64,000 nt of DNA from Trypethelium eluteriae (lineage: Eukaryota), in NCBI GenBank assembly GCA_051942245.1, contig JAVECL010000057.1:1-64000 (forward strand), in the 5' to 3' direction. A program made the translations under genes and the position numbers. The notes under the pieces were generated by a model. It was not told where the DNA came from. It worked only from the letters and a program-made list of their open reading frames with translations, and did no database searches. Positions 1 through 11,156 of this stretch are shown piece by piece. Position 1 is the first letter of the stretch, and each line of letters begins with the position of its first letter.

Positions 1-887
1 GAAGAGGGATGAGTATGTGGTTTGTTTCTGCTATTATTTCCCTACCATATCAAATCTCGGGATTGCTGTTTCAAGCGACGAGGCTCCGGGAAAATATGTA
101 CAAGATGCACGAGTGATGCTAACTACTGTGTGCTATCATAGAGAACTCCGCACAACCCTCAACACCCTGACGGCGCTCTCCCATGCCGCGACCCGCCACC
201 TTGACAACACCTACTACGCCATCCTTGACAAGCTCTCCCTACTCCGCTCCACCATTGCAGACCTTCAGCAGCTCTCCAACGCCACTATACACCTCCGGGA
301 CGGCTTCGCTGCTGATAGTCGCGCTTTGCAGGCAGATCTCCACGCTAAGATCGGGGACTTTACACCGGGAGCACAGGCGCAGGAGGAGCAAATCCGGAAG
401 TTGGAGGAGAGGTTGGTGAAGAGTCGGGAGGTGGCCGAAGGATTAACGAAGAGGGTGGATGAGGCGAGAGGGAGGGTGCGGAGGTGGGAAGATGGGGAGA
501 GGGAGTGGCAGGCGAGAACGACTCGTATGTTACGACCTCATTCTACCCCGTCCTCATTCGGCTTGGTTAGGCGTACTAATTGTCGAGCTAGGGCGGCTGA
601 GGATGCTATTCGGAGGTCTGGGCGCGATTCTGGTGTTGCTAATCGCGCTGGCCGCTTTCCATACCGTCGGTCCCAGAACCGGCAAGATAGCTGAGTCGGT
701 GAGGGATACGGAGGCTGAGCTGGAGACGGATGTCGCCGCTATCTTTTCGATGCTGCCGGCCGATTTGGAAGAGATAAGGAGTCGAGTGCAGGATGCCGTT
801 TTACCGGAAAGTTCCACCAGTACTTGTTCTGCTATGCAGACACCTGACTGGGTCGACGAGAAATTCAGGGTCCTTGACGACTTATGA
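1..887 (+). CDS. 5'-partial hypothetical coiled-coil protein with one C-terminal transmembrane helix
   Basis: Introns at about 13-141 (GTATGT..GCTAAC..AG) and 525-591 join ORF 17..694 (heptad-rich QEEQIRKLEERLVKSREVAEGLTKRVDEAR) to ORF 459..887 (hydrophobic MLFGGLGAILVLLIALAAF). The start lies outside the window. Confidence 0.65.
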
Positions 888-1137
888 TATTGCATTCAGA
901 ATCTCCGCGCTAGACATACCCTGATAGAGTCCATATAGAAGCGTTCAATCAGTGCCGCCATCATTCGTTGGCCAAATGAACTTCTAATGCAAGAATACTC
1001 ATACATTATCTATTCCAAGCATGCTATGCAACCATGCAAAACCTCTATGAAAGCATTTATGCCCCTAGATTGAAGCGTGTGACACGGAAACACCCTCCCA
1101 GATGCGTATGACGGAGGTCCTAGTTTCCATATGTACA

Positions 1138-1983
1138 TTATTTATTGTGCCAAATGAAATTCCTTACGCAGTCCCAATGATCAGCATTCTCGTATCTGTA
1201 TACCAAGAAGATTAGTAGTTGCCTCCATATAGGTCACGCGGCAATTTCACTTACATGTACTTCATACTACTCCTTAAGCTCGGCTGCAGCGTGTCTGGAT
1301 GATATCTAAACAAATACATCACAGACGCCCAGCTCAAGCTTGCAAAGATCGGCCATGCCCTCTTCGAAATGACACCATCTTCGTCCCGAATCAGCCCAAG
1401 TCCACCTCCTCCTGGCACCGCGGGGTCTCGAGGCGCTATGCTCAGCTTCGCCAGTGCCAGCACGACCCGTGCAAAGATATAGATGACGATCTGCTGGTTG
1501 ACCGAGCTCTGGATTCCGCGGCCGAAGATGGTATAGCCGCCGATGAGGCCCGCAAGGAAGGTGTCGTACTGCGCTTCTTTGCGTTCAGGACGGACATATT
1601 TCAGGGCAAGGAGAGAGGATTTGTAGGTGAGGGCGAAGAGGGCTAGATTGCGGGCGTGCTGCCGAGTGGCTTTGAAGATGATACGGGCTTTTTCGCGAAG
1701 GGTACCGGTGCGAAAGAGAAAGACCATACTGAGATAGTGATCAAATTAGGGCTTTTGGCGTCGAGAAGTAGTGGGGTCCTTCTGTAGGGACTTACACCAG
1801 AGCATGGGGAAAGCGGACTTTGGTCCCATAGACGGCACCATTGCGAAGGCCTTTGAGGAGAGCGAGGAGGTCTTTGTATCTGGGGTCAAGGATCACCTTT
1901 TCGACAGATCTCTGAATACAATCAGTTGTTTATCATTTGCGGTGAAAGGTCGAAAAATGTAGACGTACTCGAACGCTCTCCAT
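1138..1983 (-). CDS. Peroxisomal membrane protein 4 (PXMP4/PMP24, Tim17/22/23 family)
   Basis: Spliced product contains GLRNGAVYGTKVRFPHALVMVFLFR, ATRQHARNLA, SSVNQQIVIYIFARV and LQPSLRSSMKYIY..ADHWD..RNFIWHNK*. Three introns. Confidence 0.9.
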
Positions 1984-2423
1984 CGTCACTAGTTAAGGCA
2001 AGGCCTCGCTCTTTGATTTCGAAACAAGAGGAATTGGTTTCTGTTATCCCATGACCATAAGAAATGCTTTGTCTGAGCACTTTTCAGTATATGAATACAA
2101 AGACCTCGAAGTCATAAACAAGAATGAAGCAAGAGAGTGGTTGCAGGAAATGCCATGGTTATCCTCGGCATATGGACGAAAACCCCCCCTACAAGCGGCC
2201 CCACATTCCTCCCGCTGCAAGCAAGCACGCACCCAGCTTCACATGTGATCATGTTTTCATCCCAGACGTCATCTGGATCTGGTTGTGGTGTTTGGTAGAA
2301 ACTACCTCAATTATTGCACGCCTTTAATGCTTATTGCGCTATATTTTCATATCATCTATTTTTGAGTCTTCCTGCGTTCTAGCCTCGATTCACCCGATGC
2401 AGAACGCATCTCGACAACCCATA

Positions 2424-3463
2424 TCAGCCAAAGTACCTCCGTAAAGACTCATACACCGTAAAAATGAGCGCAGAACTTGGGGCCGACCTTCCCACTGTTA
2501 TGCCACATCCTCTATACAGCCCTTTCAAACCCTGTTCGCGCCACAAAGCTTTTCCAACAGTCGCAAACTTTCGCTTGCCGCCAGTCAATTGTCCAGATTC
2601 TTCCGTCTGCATACGGGATTTTATTGTATCAGCCGGATAGAACAAAAAGTTGTAACTCATCCCCGCCGCTGCGCCTGCTAGCATCTGCTGGTATACAGGC
2701 AGCGCTTCATCTCTGATCGCGTTCTTGCCATCCCGAATCTGCCGGAAAAAGAGCGAGACACCTTCGTAGCTGCCAAACCACGCTGCAGATCCCCCTGCTT
2801 CTCGAATGAGTGTACCAAGCTGGCCATGCCAGAATCCCATTAGACCTTCTCGTCGATATATTGATGCTATGAGGGTAAGAGGACCCGGTCGATTGTACTG
2901 TGTTGTACTATCGGGAGGAACTTGCATTTTACACTTGATGAGCTCGATTGGCGTAAGGACTAGGGACGTGACTGCTCCAGACACACCGCCGCAGGTAACC
3001 AGCGCAGACAAGGGGAGTGGCTCATTTGCTGGCAGAAGTGTTGCTTGTAGAAAGTCTTGAGCTAGCCGATACTGCAGTATACTTTAGCGAATAAAAATCC
3101 CGTCCTGGAGAGACGCGCAATTCATACGCTCAAGAAGAGGCTGCTGTTCTCAATGGCAGCTCCCGCCAACGGCGCGCTGATACCTCGGTAGAGACCCAAG
3201 AAGCCATCTCGTCTTATGGCTTGTTTGAAGCAGTCCAATGGTCCAGTATATTGCAGTGGAAGATGTTCAGGTTGAGATTGTAGGCGAACCTTTACAGTGT
3301 CGAAAGGGTACTCTACAAACTTCCCCACAATCCCAGCAGCAGATCCGAAGGCAATGTCTTTGAAAGCTTCCGTGGTTTGGTGCGCGACAGGTCTTGGTTT
3401 GGTAGTCTCGATGGTGGTACCGGTCTGAACAGGGACAACCACGGTCTCTTCGCTAACGTTCAT
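2424..3463 (-). CDS. ORT1: Mitochondrial carrier, ornithine/amino-acid transporter (ORT1/arg-13-like)
   Basis: Three carrier signatures: [30 protein letters not shown]. Also [21 protein letters not shown] and [11 protein letters not shown]. One intron at about 3072-3128; ATG at 3463. Confidence 0.85.
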
Positions 3464-3820
3464 CCTGTGAAAGGGGCTTCTCGCTCGACGAAGAGCGAGG
3501 GCTCGTGCTATCGCGGGAGCATCGTTGGATCGTGGAGTACAATATAACAGGCATGCAAGAAAAGACGGTATGAGCGCCAAAGAGTTTGAAAGTGGACTGG
3601 CGGCACGCCCTCGAGCGATGTCGGCGTACACCGAACGAAGGGCGAGAAATTTTGGACTTGACGTAGCGGGGCGCTCCGCCTAACGCCTAACGGTACTGAT
3701 CGAGGGGCACAAAGCATAATTACCCCTGCATCTGGATCTCTTTAACGTATGACCTATGTCTTTCGTTCTAAATTTATCAACCTCGCTTCGATTCTAAGTC
3801 GAAAATCAGAATCGCGAAAT

Positions 3821-4288
3821 ATGTCTGTGACTATGGACTCTAGCACGCTTCCCAGCACGACAACATCCAGACCTTTGGGGATGCGCAAGAATGGTAGGGC
3901 TGCTCTGAATTCTGCATCTGGACGAAAAGCTAAGACCAAAGCCAGGAAAACAATGGCACCAGCCAAGAAAAGCGTTTCGTCCAACTGCTGGCCACACATC
4001 TTACGCCAAGCGTACAGAAGAGTGGAAAGCCCAGGCGGCTATGAAGGCAAAGGAAAAGGAGATGAAGGATGAAAAAGAAGCCGAGAGACAGGTAAGCGGA
4101 CCGCCCATGTCTAGCAAATCAAGAACACGGCACTAAGAGTGACCCAGAGAAGGATACAGGCTATCAGAGATAAACGCGAAGCCAAGGCTGAGAAGGAGCG
4201 ATACGAAAAGCTCGCGGAGACAATGCATAGAAAAAGACTGGAGCGGATGAAGAGACGGGAGAAGAGGAATAAGCTCCTCAAGTCTTGA
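3821..4288 (+). CDS. CGR1: rRNA-processing protein Cgr1 (CgrA)
   Basis: Two introns join [86 protein letters not shown], the characteristic Cgr1 sequence. Confidence 0.92.
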
Positions 4289-4500
4289 ACATACCCTATC
4301 TTATGAGCGAAGGGTATTTGCAACGATTAGCAGCGGCATTGATATTGGACATTACATTCCCATTCATGGAAGCAAGAACTGAGCAAAACTACAAGAACTC
4401 TTTTACAGACATCCATCCTTCTCATCAAAGCCTGGCAGAAGCAAAAGAACCCAACCCAGCCAATCCCACACACGACCGTTCATGCCACTGCAGAAGACCT

Positions 4501-7500
4501 TTACCACCCACCTCCGCCTCCGCTGCCACTCTTGACGCTGCCGCCAGATCCTCCGTGCTCCTGATCACCGTCGCCCCATCCACCGCCGCCGCCACCACCA
4601 CCCCATCTCCCAGCCCCAGCGGAGTTGTCGAACCCATCACCGCCTCTGCCACTGCCCCAAGCACCAGTCGTGTTAGGGTCATCAATGCGGCTACTACCAG
4701 CATTCGCTCCACTGCCTCCAGCATCTCCGCCGCCGCCACCATTGCCGCTCCAATCTCCGGCTTTCTCAATCTGATCTTGTTCACCTCCGCCCCAGGCCGC
4801 GGCACTAGCATGATCACCACCAACTTTTTTGTCCTCTTTCTGGACGTCCGGTCCATTAGTACTCATCAACTTCTCCACCAGCTCGTCTTTCGAGAGCGCT
4901 AGTAGCCGCTGTCTGTAGTCGTCTGGACTCTCAACAATACTTGTGCCGAGGATTTGCTCCAGGGTTGCTAATGCAAAGAAGAAACCATTAGCTCTGAGAA
5001 TGAAGTGGGCAAGCAGACGAAGTCAAAGCAGATTGGAGTTGAACTCACCTTTGGAACGATACTTGAACGAAAATACGGCATATGGCGCCTCCATGCTATC
5101 CAAGTACTCCGGCTTTCCCACCCGATGGCAATACGCGGCTCCACGACCGACCTTGACTTGGTGATCCACCTGCATCTCTTGGGCAGTAGTCTGAGGAATT
5201 GTGTACAGAGGCTCTTCGGGTGCGACGTAAATCAATTCTGTGCGGGAGCGCTTCTTGGCCGAGTTAGACTCTGTTGTTTCGGGCTTATGCGCCTCTTTCC
5301 AAGATGTCCAGTACGACTTGACCTTAAGCTCTGATGGGATTGGTACTCGAGCTGCTGGTGGAGGCTCGGTCGGCGCTGTGCCGTTGTTGTTCTCTTGCCA
5401 GTTGCCGTTATCATTGTTAGCATCTTGGCCATGATTATTGCTGTCCCGTTGCTGGTTGTTGGGTTCACCGCTCCATTGGTTCTCACCACCATTCCCCCAT
5501 TGGTCATTATTTGAGTTCCACTGGCCGTTTTTCTGGCTTCGGTGGGTGGCTTGAGTTTTGTGGCTCTGCGATGTTCTATGAGTCCTTCTAGTCTTCTTGC
5601 TTCCCTGGCTGACTGTGCTCTGTGAGGCCGCTGACGGATTCTTGCTCCGATGGACGGAGCCTTTGCGCAAGGAGCCAGCCTTTGACCCATTAACCCATCC
5701 ATTATTCCGCTGGCCATCATTCTTGGCATGTTCAATATTCTGATTCCGATCAGATTTGGCCCAGTTATCACCGCCTTCACCACCGTTGTTACTATTCCAT
5801 CTTCCTTGATTACTCTTGTTCCACCGATCGGGGCTGCCACTATTCCAACCTCCCTGGTTGCTGTTGTTCCAGCCTCCTTGGTTGCCGTTGTTCCAATCTC
5901 CTTGTTTGCCGGTGTCCCAACCTCCTTGGTCGCCACTGTTCCAACCTCCTTGGTTGCCGCTATTCCAATCTCCTTGGTTGCCGTTGTTCCAATCTCCTTG
6001 GTCGCCACTATTCCAACCTCCCTGGTTGCCGCTGTTCCAATCTCCTTGGTTACCCTTGTTCCAACCCTCAGGGCTGCTGTGCTTTGATGATTCTTGATCA
6101 CTCTGGTTCCAACCTCCCTCTTTGTCGTTATTCCATCCACCTGAGGTGTTCCGGTTCGAGGGGGTTTGGTTCCCATTATTCCAGCCTCCTGGATTAGCAG
6201 ATTCATTGCTGTTCCATGCAGCTTGATTGCTACCTTGAGCGGCCTGATTCCAGACCTCTTGGTCATTGGTGTTCCATTCACCATATGGACCATCACGGTT
6301 CCTCCCTTCATAGGTTCTGCTATTCCTCTCTATTTGACTTCCTTTGCCAACCCGGCTTTGGCTGCCAGTATTTCCCCTACCATGGTTGTCACTATTTCCA
6401 CGACGGCTGCTTTGCTTACCCGGTCTTGAACGTCGACTATGATGACTGCTTGTGTCGTTTGGGCTAGTGGAAGGATTGGTTTTTTTGGGGGGTTGCCTAG
6501 CTTCATGGCCGCTGCTTCTTTTCATGTTGCCCTTATCGAGATCATTCTGGTGATAGTCTTGCTCTCTTTGATCATGCCTGCGATGTCGCGAATCGTCTCT
6601 GTGTCTATTTGAGCCTCGAGAGGCTTTGTTAGAGGTCTCCTTGCGATGAGTGGGTCGCCCCCGGAACGGCTCTTCAAGACCTACAAATTGTGACGTCCGC
6701 CTTCTGTGTGAGTCAGTTTCAGGAGGTTTCGATGGATCAAGCATCGGGGTTGTATTCCACCAGTTGCCCCCGCTTGTTGGGTATCCGTAATGCTGCCGAT
6801 ATCGGTCGAACGGTCCGTTTGCCCAGGTCTGTTCATACTCTTCGGATCCCTTATAATCGGGATCTACCGCCTCTCCGGACGGGTAGTATGAGTGTGCACG
6901 CGGCGCCCTCGAGAATTCTCTCTGAGCATAACCTGAGGGCGGAACATGGTAATTGGGACTGTTATGTTCATCCCAAAATTGCGCCTGTTGCATAGGTGCT
7001 CTGTATGAATGGTGCACTTCACGATTCTCACCTCGGCGCTGCAGACCCTCGTAGCCATACTCTGGGGTTCTGTAAGGGGTGCCTGGGAACGCAGCTCCTC
7101 TCTGTGGAGGCCAGGGGTCTTCTGTATACTTATAGCGATGGGCACCCCGAATTCCCTTGTGGCTTCTTCCTTGGGGTTCAAAGTCTGACCGGTATGGATA
7201 ACGCTCAGTCTCCAATCTGTTTTTCCAAGCATTCGATCTGTCATGAACACTACCGGGAGGAGCGGGAGATCTTTCTTGTCCATGCCATCCTCTCCTGAAA
7301 CGACCCCGATATACATCAGTCTCGGTAGGTATACTGGACTGATCGATGACGATGGCTGCATCTCGGTCTGGTCTAGGTGCTGCAGACGTCGTAACAGTCC
7401 TGACCCTTGCAAATGGTGGAGTCGACTCTCTTCTTTGTCCAATAGGGGGCTCGCGGTGCGGTTCACGGCTATTATATCCTCCATTCCAGTCTCCGCGGTA

Positions 7501-8196
7501 ATGGCCAAAGTCGGGACGGAGTTCACTTGCGGGTCCGTCAAAAATCGCCGCAAAGCTTCCCATGACGCTAGCAGCGTCTGAGGCAACTCCTGGTATAGCA
7601 GTCTCAATGACCTCCTGCTTGGCTTCATCCTTTGCCTGGGCCTCGTTGCTCATGTCTGTCTTTGATATTGGCTGAGTTTGGCCTGGTTGAGTACTACCTT
7701 TGCAGCGCAGCACCACAACTTCGATGGTACCTACGTTCCCCAGGATATCGAGATTTGTATTCGGCGCTTGATCAGCAGAAACTTTAGAGGTCAGCGCATT
7801 GGTTCCAGGCATATTCAAACTCTTATGCTACGCACCTGTATTCAATTTCTCGAACGTCCAATCTCGCCCAATGAAGTGGCCTGACCCTTTAGTTTCCTCT
7901 TTTTGACGAACCCGGAAATCTACCTCGGTCTTCGCAGCTGCAGAGTCTATCGTTGGGACAATGAGCCCTTGGCGGTATCGGTTACATTGGTAGACGCCAT
8001 CCATGAACACAAACATGCCAATTCCAGATGCGATGTAGCCATGAGACGTGAGGCGGATAGTAAATCCTTTGTGCAAGTCTGGAACGGCAACAAAAGTTTC
8101 AACAAATCCATCGCCATAAGATGTCTGATGCTCACGTAATGGCAAGTCGGACCCAGCGAGCTCGATCTGACACTTTATTTGCTTGAGCGTCGGCAT
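4501..8196 (-). CDS. Large, mostly disordered protein: globular N-terminal domain, Trp-Gly-Asn octapeptide repeats, short ordered C-terminal block, Gly/Trp-rich tail
   Basis: ORFs 7828..8247, 5023..7818 and 4501..4878 are joined in frame by GTGCGT..AAG and GTGAGT..TAG introns. The N-terminus (MPTLKQIKCQIEL..FVFMDGVYQCNR..GTIEVVVLRC) resembles an uncharacterised fungal domain family. Confidence 0.75.
5795..6066. repeat. Coding 24-bp minisatellite: 9 well-conserved units at 5843-6058 plus about 2 degenerate ones, encoding WN(S/N)G(N/D)QG(G/D) on the minus strand
   Basis: Unit TTCCAA(C/T)CTCC(T/C)TGGTTGCC(G/A)(C/T)T(G/A) starts at 5843, 5867, 5891, 5915, 5939, 5963, 5987, 6011 and 6035. Confidence 0.95.
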
Positions 8197-9038
8197 TATG
8201 CTGCCTCGACCAGAGAGGGGGAGACACGATATTGACGGGATCTGCATTTCAAGTCAATCAATGGCCAAAACAATGATGGGAAGAAGTGGAGATTGAAAGA
8301 AATCACGTGTGCACGCGTAGAAGAATAGCAACGTGTAGCTGTCTGGGATTGTGGCAAGCGTACGCCTCGAATGTCAAAACAAATGGATAGTCTGTAGTGA
8401 CAAAGGCTTCAACGGTACCCTCGAAAGAATCACGTAACAACGGAGACTCACTGAATCAACAAATGATCCGTGGGTCGATCTGGTATATACGCGACGAACT
8501 CATGCCAGAGTAGGTATCTGCTTGAGAGATCAAGGAGGCCGGATGGACAGTCGATTTCCCTTGTGCAGCCGTGGGTGTCATGCGGACCACCTGAGGGCCT
8601 TGGGCCTCAAATCGCCTCAAGCAAAAAAAGCGATTGAAAAGCAAAAACATGGAGGCGGATCGGATTAAGCCGCATATCGGATGGTGAGGAATAGATGTGT
8701 TGTCATGCGGAGCATTCAATGGTTCCTTCCTCACTTGTGACCGCGGTACAACACACAATTCCCCATGCGTCATTTCAGATCACCAACAGGCACTTCGAGC
8801 CTGCTTCGAATTCCAAGATGAGCATTTTCGTGCGATAGTTCTATCGAATCGTCGGTCTTTCATTTTTCAAGGTCTTGCTCTCTTCGCTCAAAGGACTAAG
8901 ACTTTTTCCGACTCTTGATCGTTAGTAAACCCTACCCTATTGGAGCATCTCTCTCAATTTCTGAAGATCCCCACAAGAGAGATCATTGTCGGTCTTAGGC
9001 CATCACGGAAATACTGAGCATTCGAAAAATCTAGAATC

Positions 9039-10158
9039 ATGGTATATGGGGTGAAAGAAATCCTCATAGACACTCTTGTCATTATTGCGGAAGATATCGG
9101 CATAAAAAGTGCATATCCAATCGCCCAGATGCTGGCGCAGCATCTGACCGAGAGCGAATTAACTAACCTTACCTCTCGGCTTGGAGCTTGCAACAATGAA
9201 GACATTGCGCTGCCCTTCTTCAATGCTGGCAGAAAGAGCAACTTTCCAATCAGATTTGATGGTACAGAACGCGCAAGGCGTAGAGAGGCTAGGCGCAGGG
9301 AGAGCCAAAAAGAGATTTTCTTTCCACTAATCCAACCCGCGATCGAGGCGCACCGAGAACGATTAGCAACACAGGAGCTACGTGACATCACCTGCCACTA
9401 TCACTGCTCTCAGGGCGATCCTCGAGATGAACAATCACATGACATTCGTATGATTATGGGTGCTGTAAGATAGTCTGAACCCACTATGAGAAAACTTCTA
9501 ACATATTGTAGGGTGGAGAGACCTATAAGCGAATTCCATGGGGTATGAATCTTTCCAAAATGATTTGACTTTTTTTTCATAGAGGCATACTGATGAACTT
9601 TAGATGCGGAAACAGGACAAGCGTGCGTTCCAGTTAGTCAGGGCAACTACAATGTTAACACAGACCAGTGCATTCCTTGCTCTCTGCCCCTTGTCGATAA
9701 CCATCACCCTTGAGAACAGAGTCGGTCAGGCAGATAGCCAGCTTTGTCTTGTCGAGCACAACGTCGATCCGGCACCGTTACTTGCAACGACTCCTGGTGA
9801 AGATAGCGATGACATTGTTCCTATCATTCGTACGCTATCCGAAACGGACGCATGGTATGATCAAGGTCCTCGAAAACGGAAGATTATGAATACGCAGGCC
9901 TGGGTACGGAGTCAGGCTTTCCTAACCACTTTCGAGGGTGTTACGATCGATACACACGTTACTTCGTTGGGAGGGCCAATGCCGAAAGACATGTTTCCCG
10001 TATACAATAACCCTCAAGCAGCACCTCAAAATGGCGACCCGTCAAATTCTCAGGGCTCAACGAGGGTCAAGCTAGACAAGGCGAAGGGTAAACGCCCAAT
10101 CTTTGAGTTAGCGGAGGACCCGTCTCCACCGGAATCGCTTATGATTCAGCGCGAGTAG
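9039..10158 (+). CDS. Hypothetical multi-exon protein; 3' end uncertain
   Basis: ORF 9039..9473 is linked to 9604..10158 by three canonical introns (GTAAGA..TAG, GTATGA..TAG, GTTAGT..CAG) that keep the frame. No recognisable domain. Confidence 0.55.
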
Positions 10159-11156
10159 GGCAGAAGCCGAGGAGCAGCAAGAGATCGCAGGGTTGGCACA
10201 TGCAGTTTTGAAGCTCTTGCCCAATGAGCTTCAGTGAGTAGCATCGAGCATGTACAAGGATGGCATTGACTGGATTCCGGCCAGTAGATGTAGGTGTATC
10301 CAAGACAATTGCCACATTACGAGTGCTCTTCCTCTCTAAGCGTCCCTTATGTTCATCGAGCTGTCATAATCAGCATCAAGATCTGCTGTTGCAAAGACAT
10401 CTGATGGACCCCATCCCATCTAGAGGAGTCCCATCCTTGCCAATAATGTCGAAAGGTCGAATCTGGCACGGACATTATTGGCTCCACCCTTGGCAAACGT
10501 TCCCGTCTGCTTCGGTAACAATACAACGACGATTGTTCGACCCTTATCTACTTCTGAAAATTCTGCGCGAGGTGGGGTTGAAATGGATGTAGGAACTCCC
10601 ATTCTTACACGAGAGCAGCTGAAGACGGCAGAGAGGTCATCAATCAATGTCGGCGTATCGCAAGCGGAATCTCTGAGACATAACATGGATGCACTGCAAG
10701 TAAGCGACCAAATGAGTATCCACGCTGCCAAGTTGCCTCAGCTGGGGGACCTGGTTTGATGCGTTCTAATTGGCTCGGCATGATCCAAGTTTCCTACGTG
10801 CAGGTCACCTTCCCTTTCGGGATGAAGCTACAAGGCAAATGATTTAGCTGCCTAGTCTTGGCTGGCCATTCATATCGTGTCCTTGCAATGGCAATTTATT
10901 CTGCGCAAATGTAGTTTTTGCCGGCATATGCCTGACCAACGACTCGCCAATTTTTGACATGTATCTAGCTCTGGGGCTTGAGATGATGGCGGACCGTGTA
11001 GGTCCAGAGCTGGCCCAGCTGGGTGCTGAAGTTGGCTGACCGGATACAGTATACTCTAGTTCCCATAGAGAATCTAGTGTAGGCCATCCCCTCGCTCCCA
11101 GTCTTTAAATTTTTATGCCGTGAAACACAGCTTTATTGCAAAGGAGATTCAAAACA

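Noticed and set aside
4285..4902. Ala/Thr-rich ORFs 4285..4902(+) and 4425..4856(-)
   Set aside because: Shadows of the Gly-rich last exon of the 4501..8196 gene.
5795..6066. CRISPR-like regular repeat
   Set aside because: The units are contiguous with no unique spacers, are in-frame coding, and lie in eukaryotic DNA.
5232..6429. Repetitive ORFs 5232..6311(-), 5728..6087(+), 5816..6097(+) and 6166..6429(+)
   Set aside because: These are alternative-frame readings of the 24-bp minisatellite inside the real gene.
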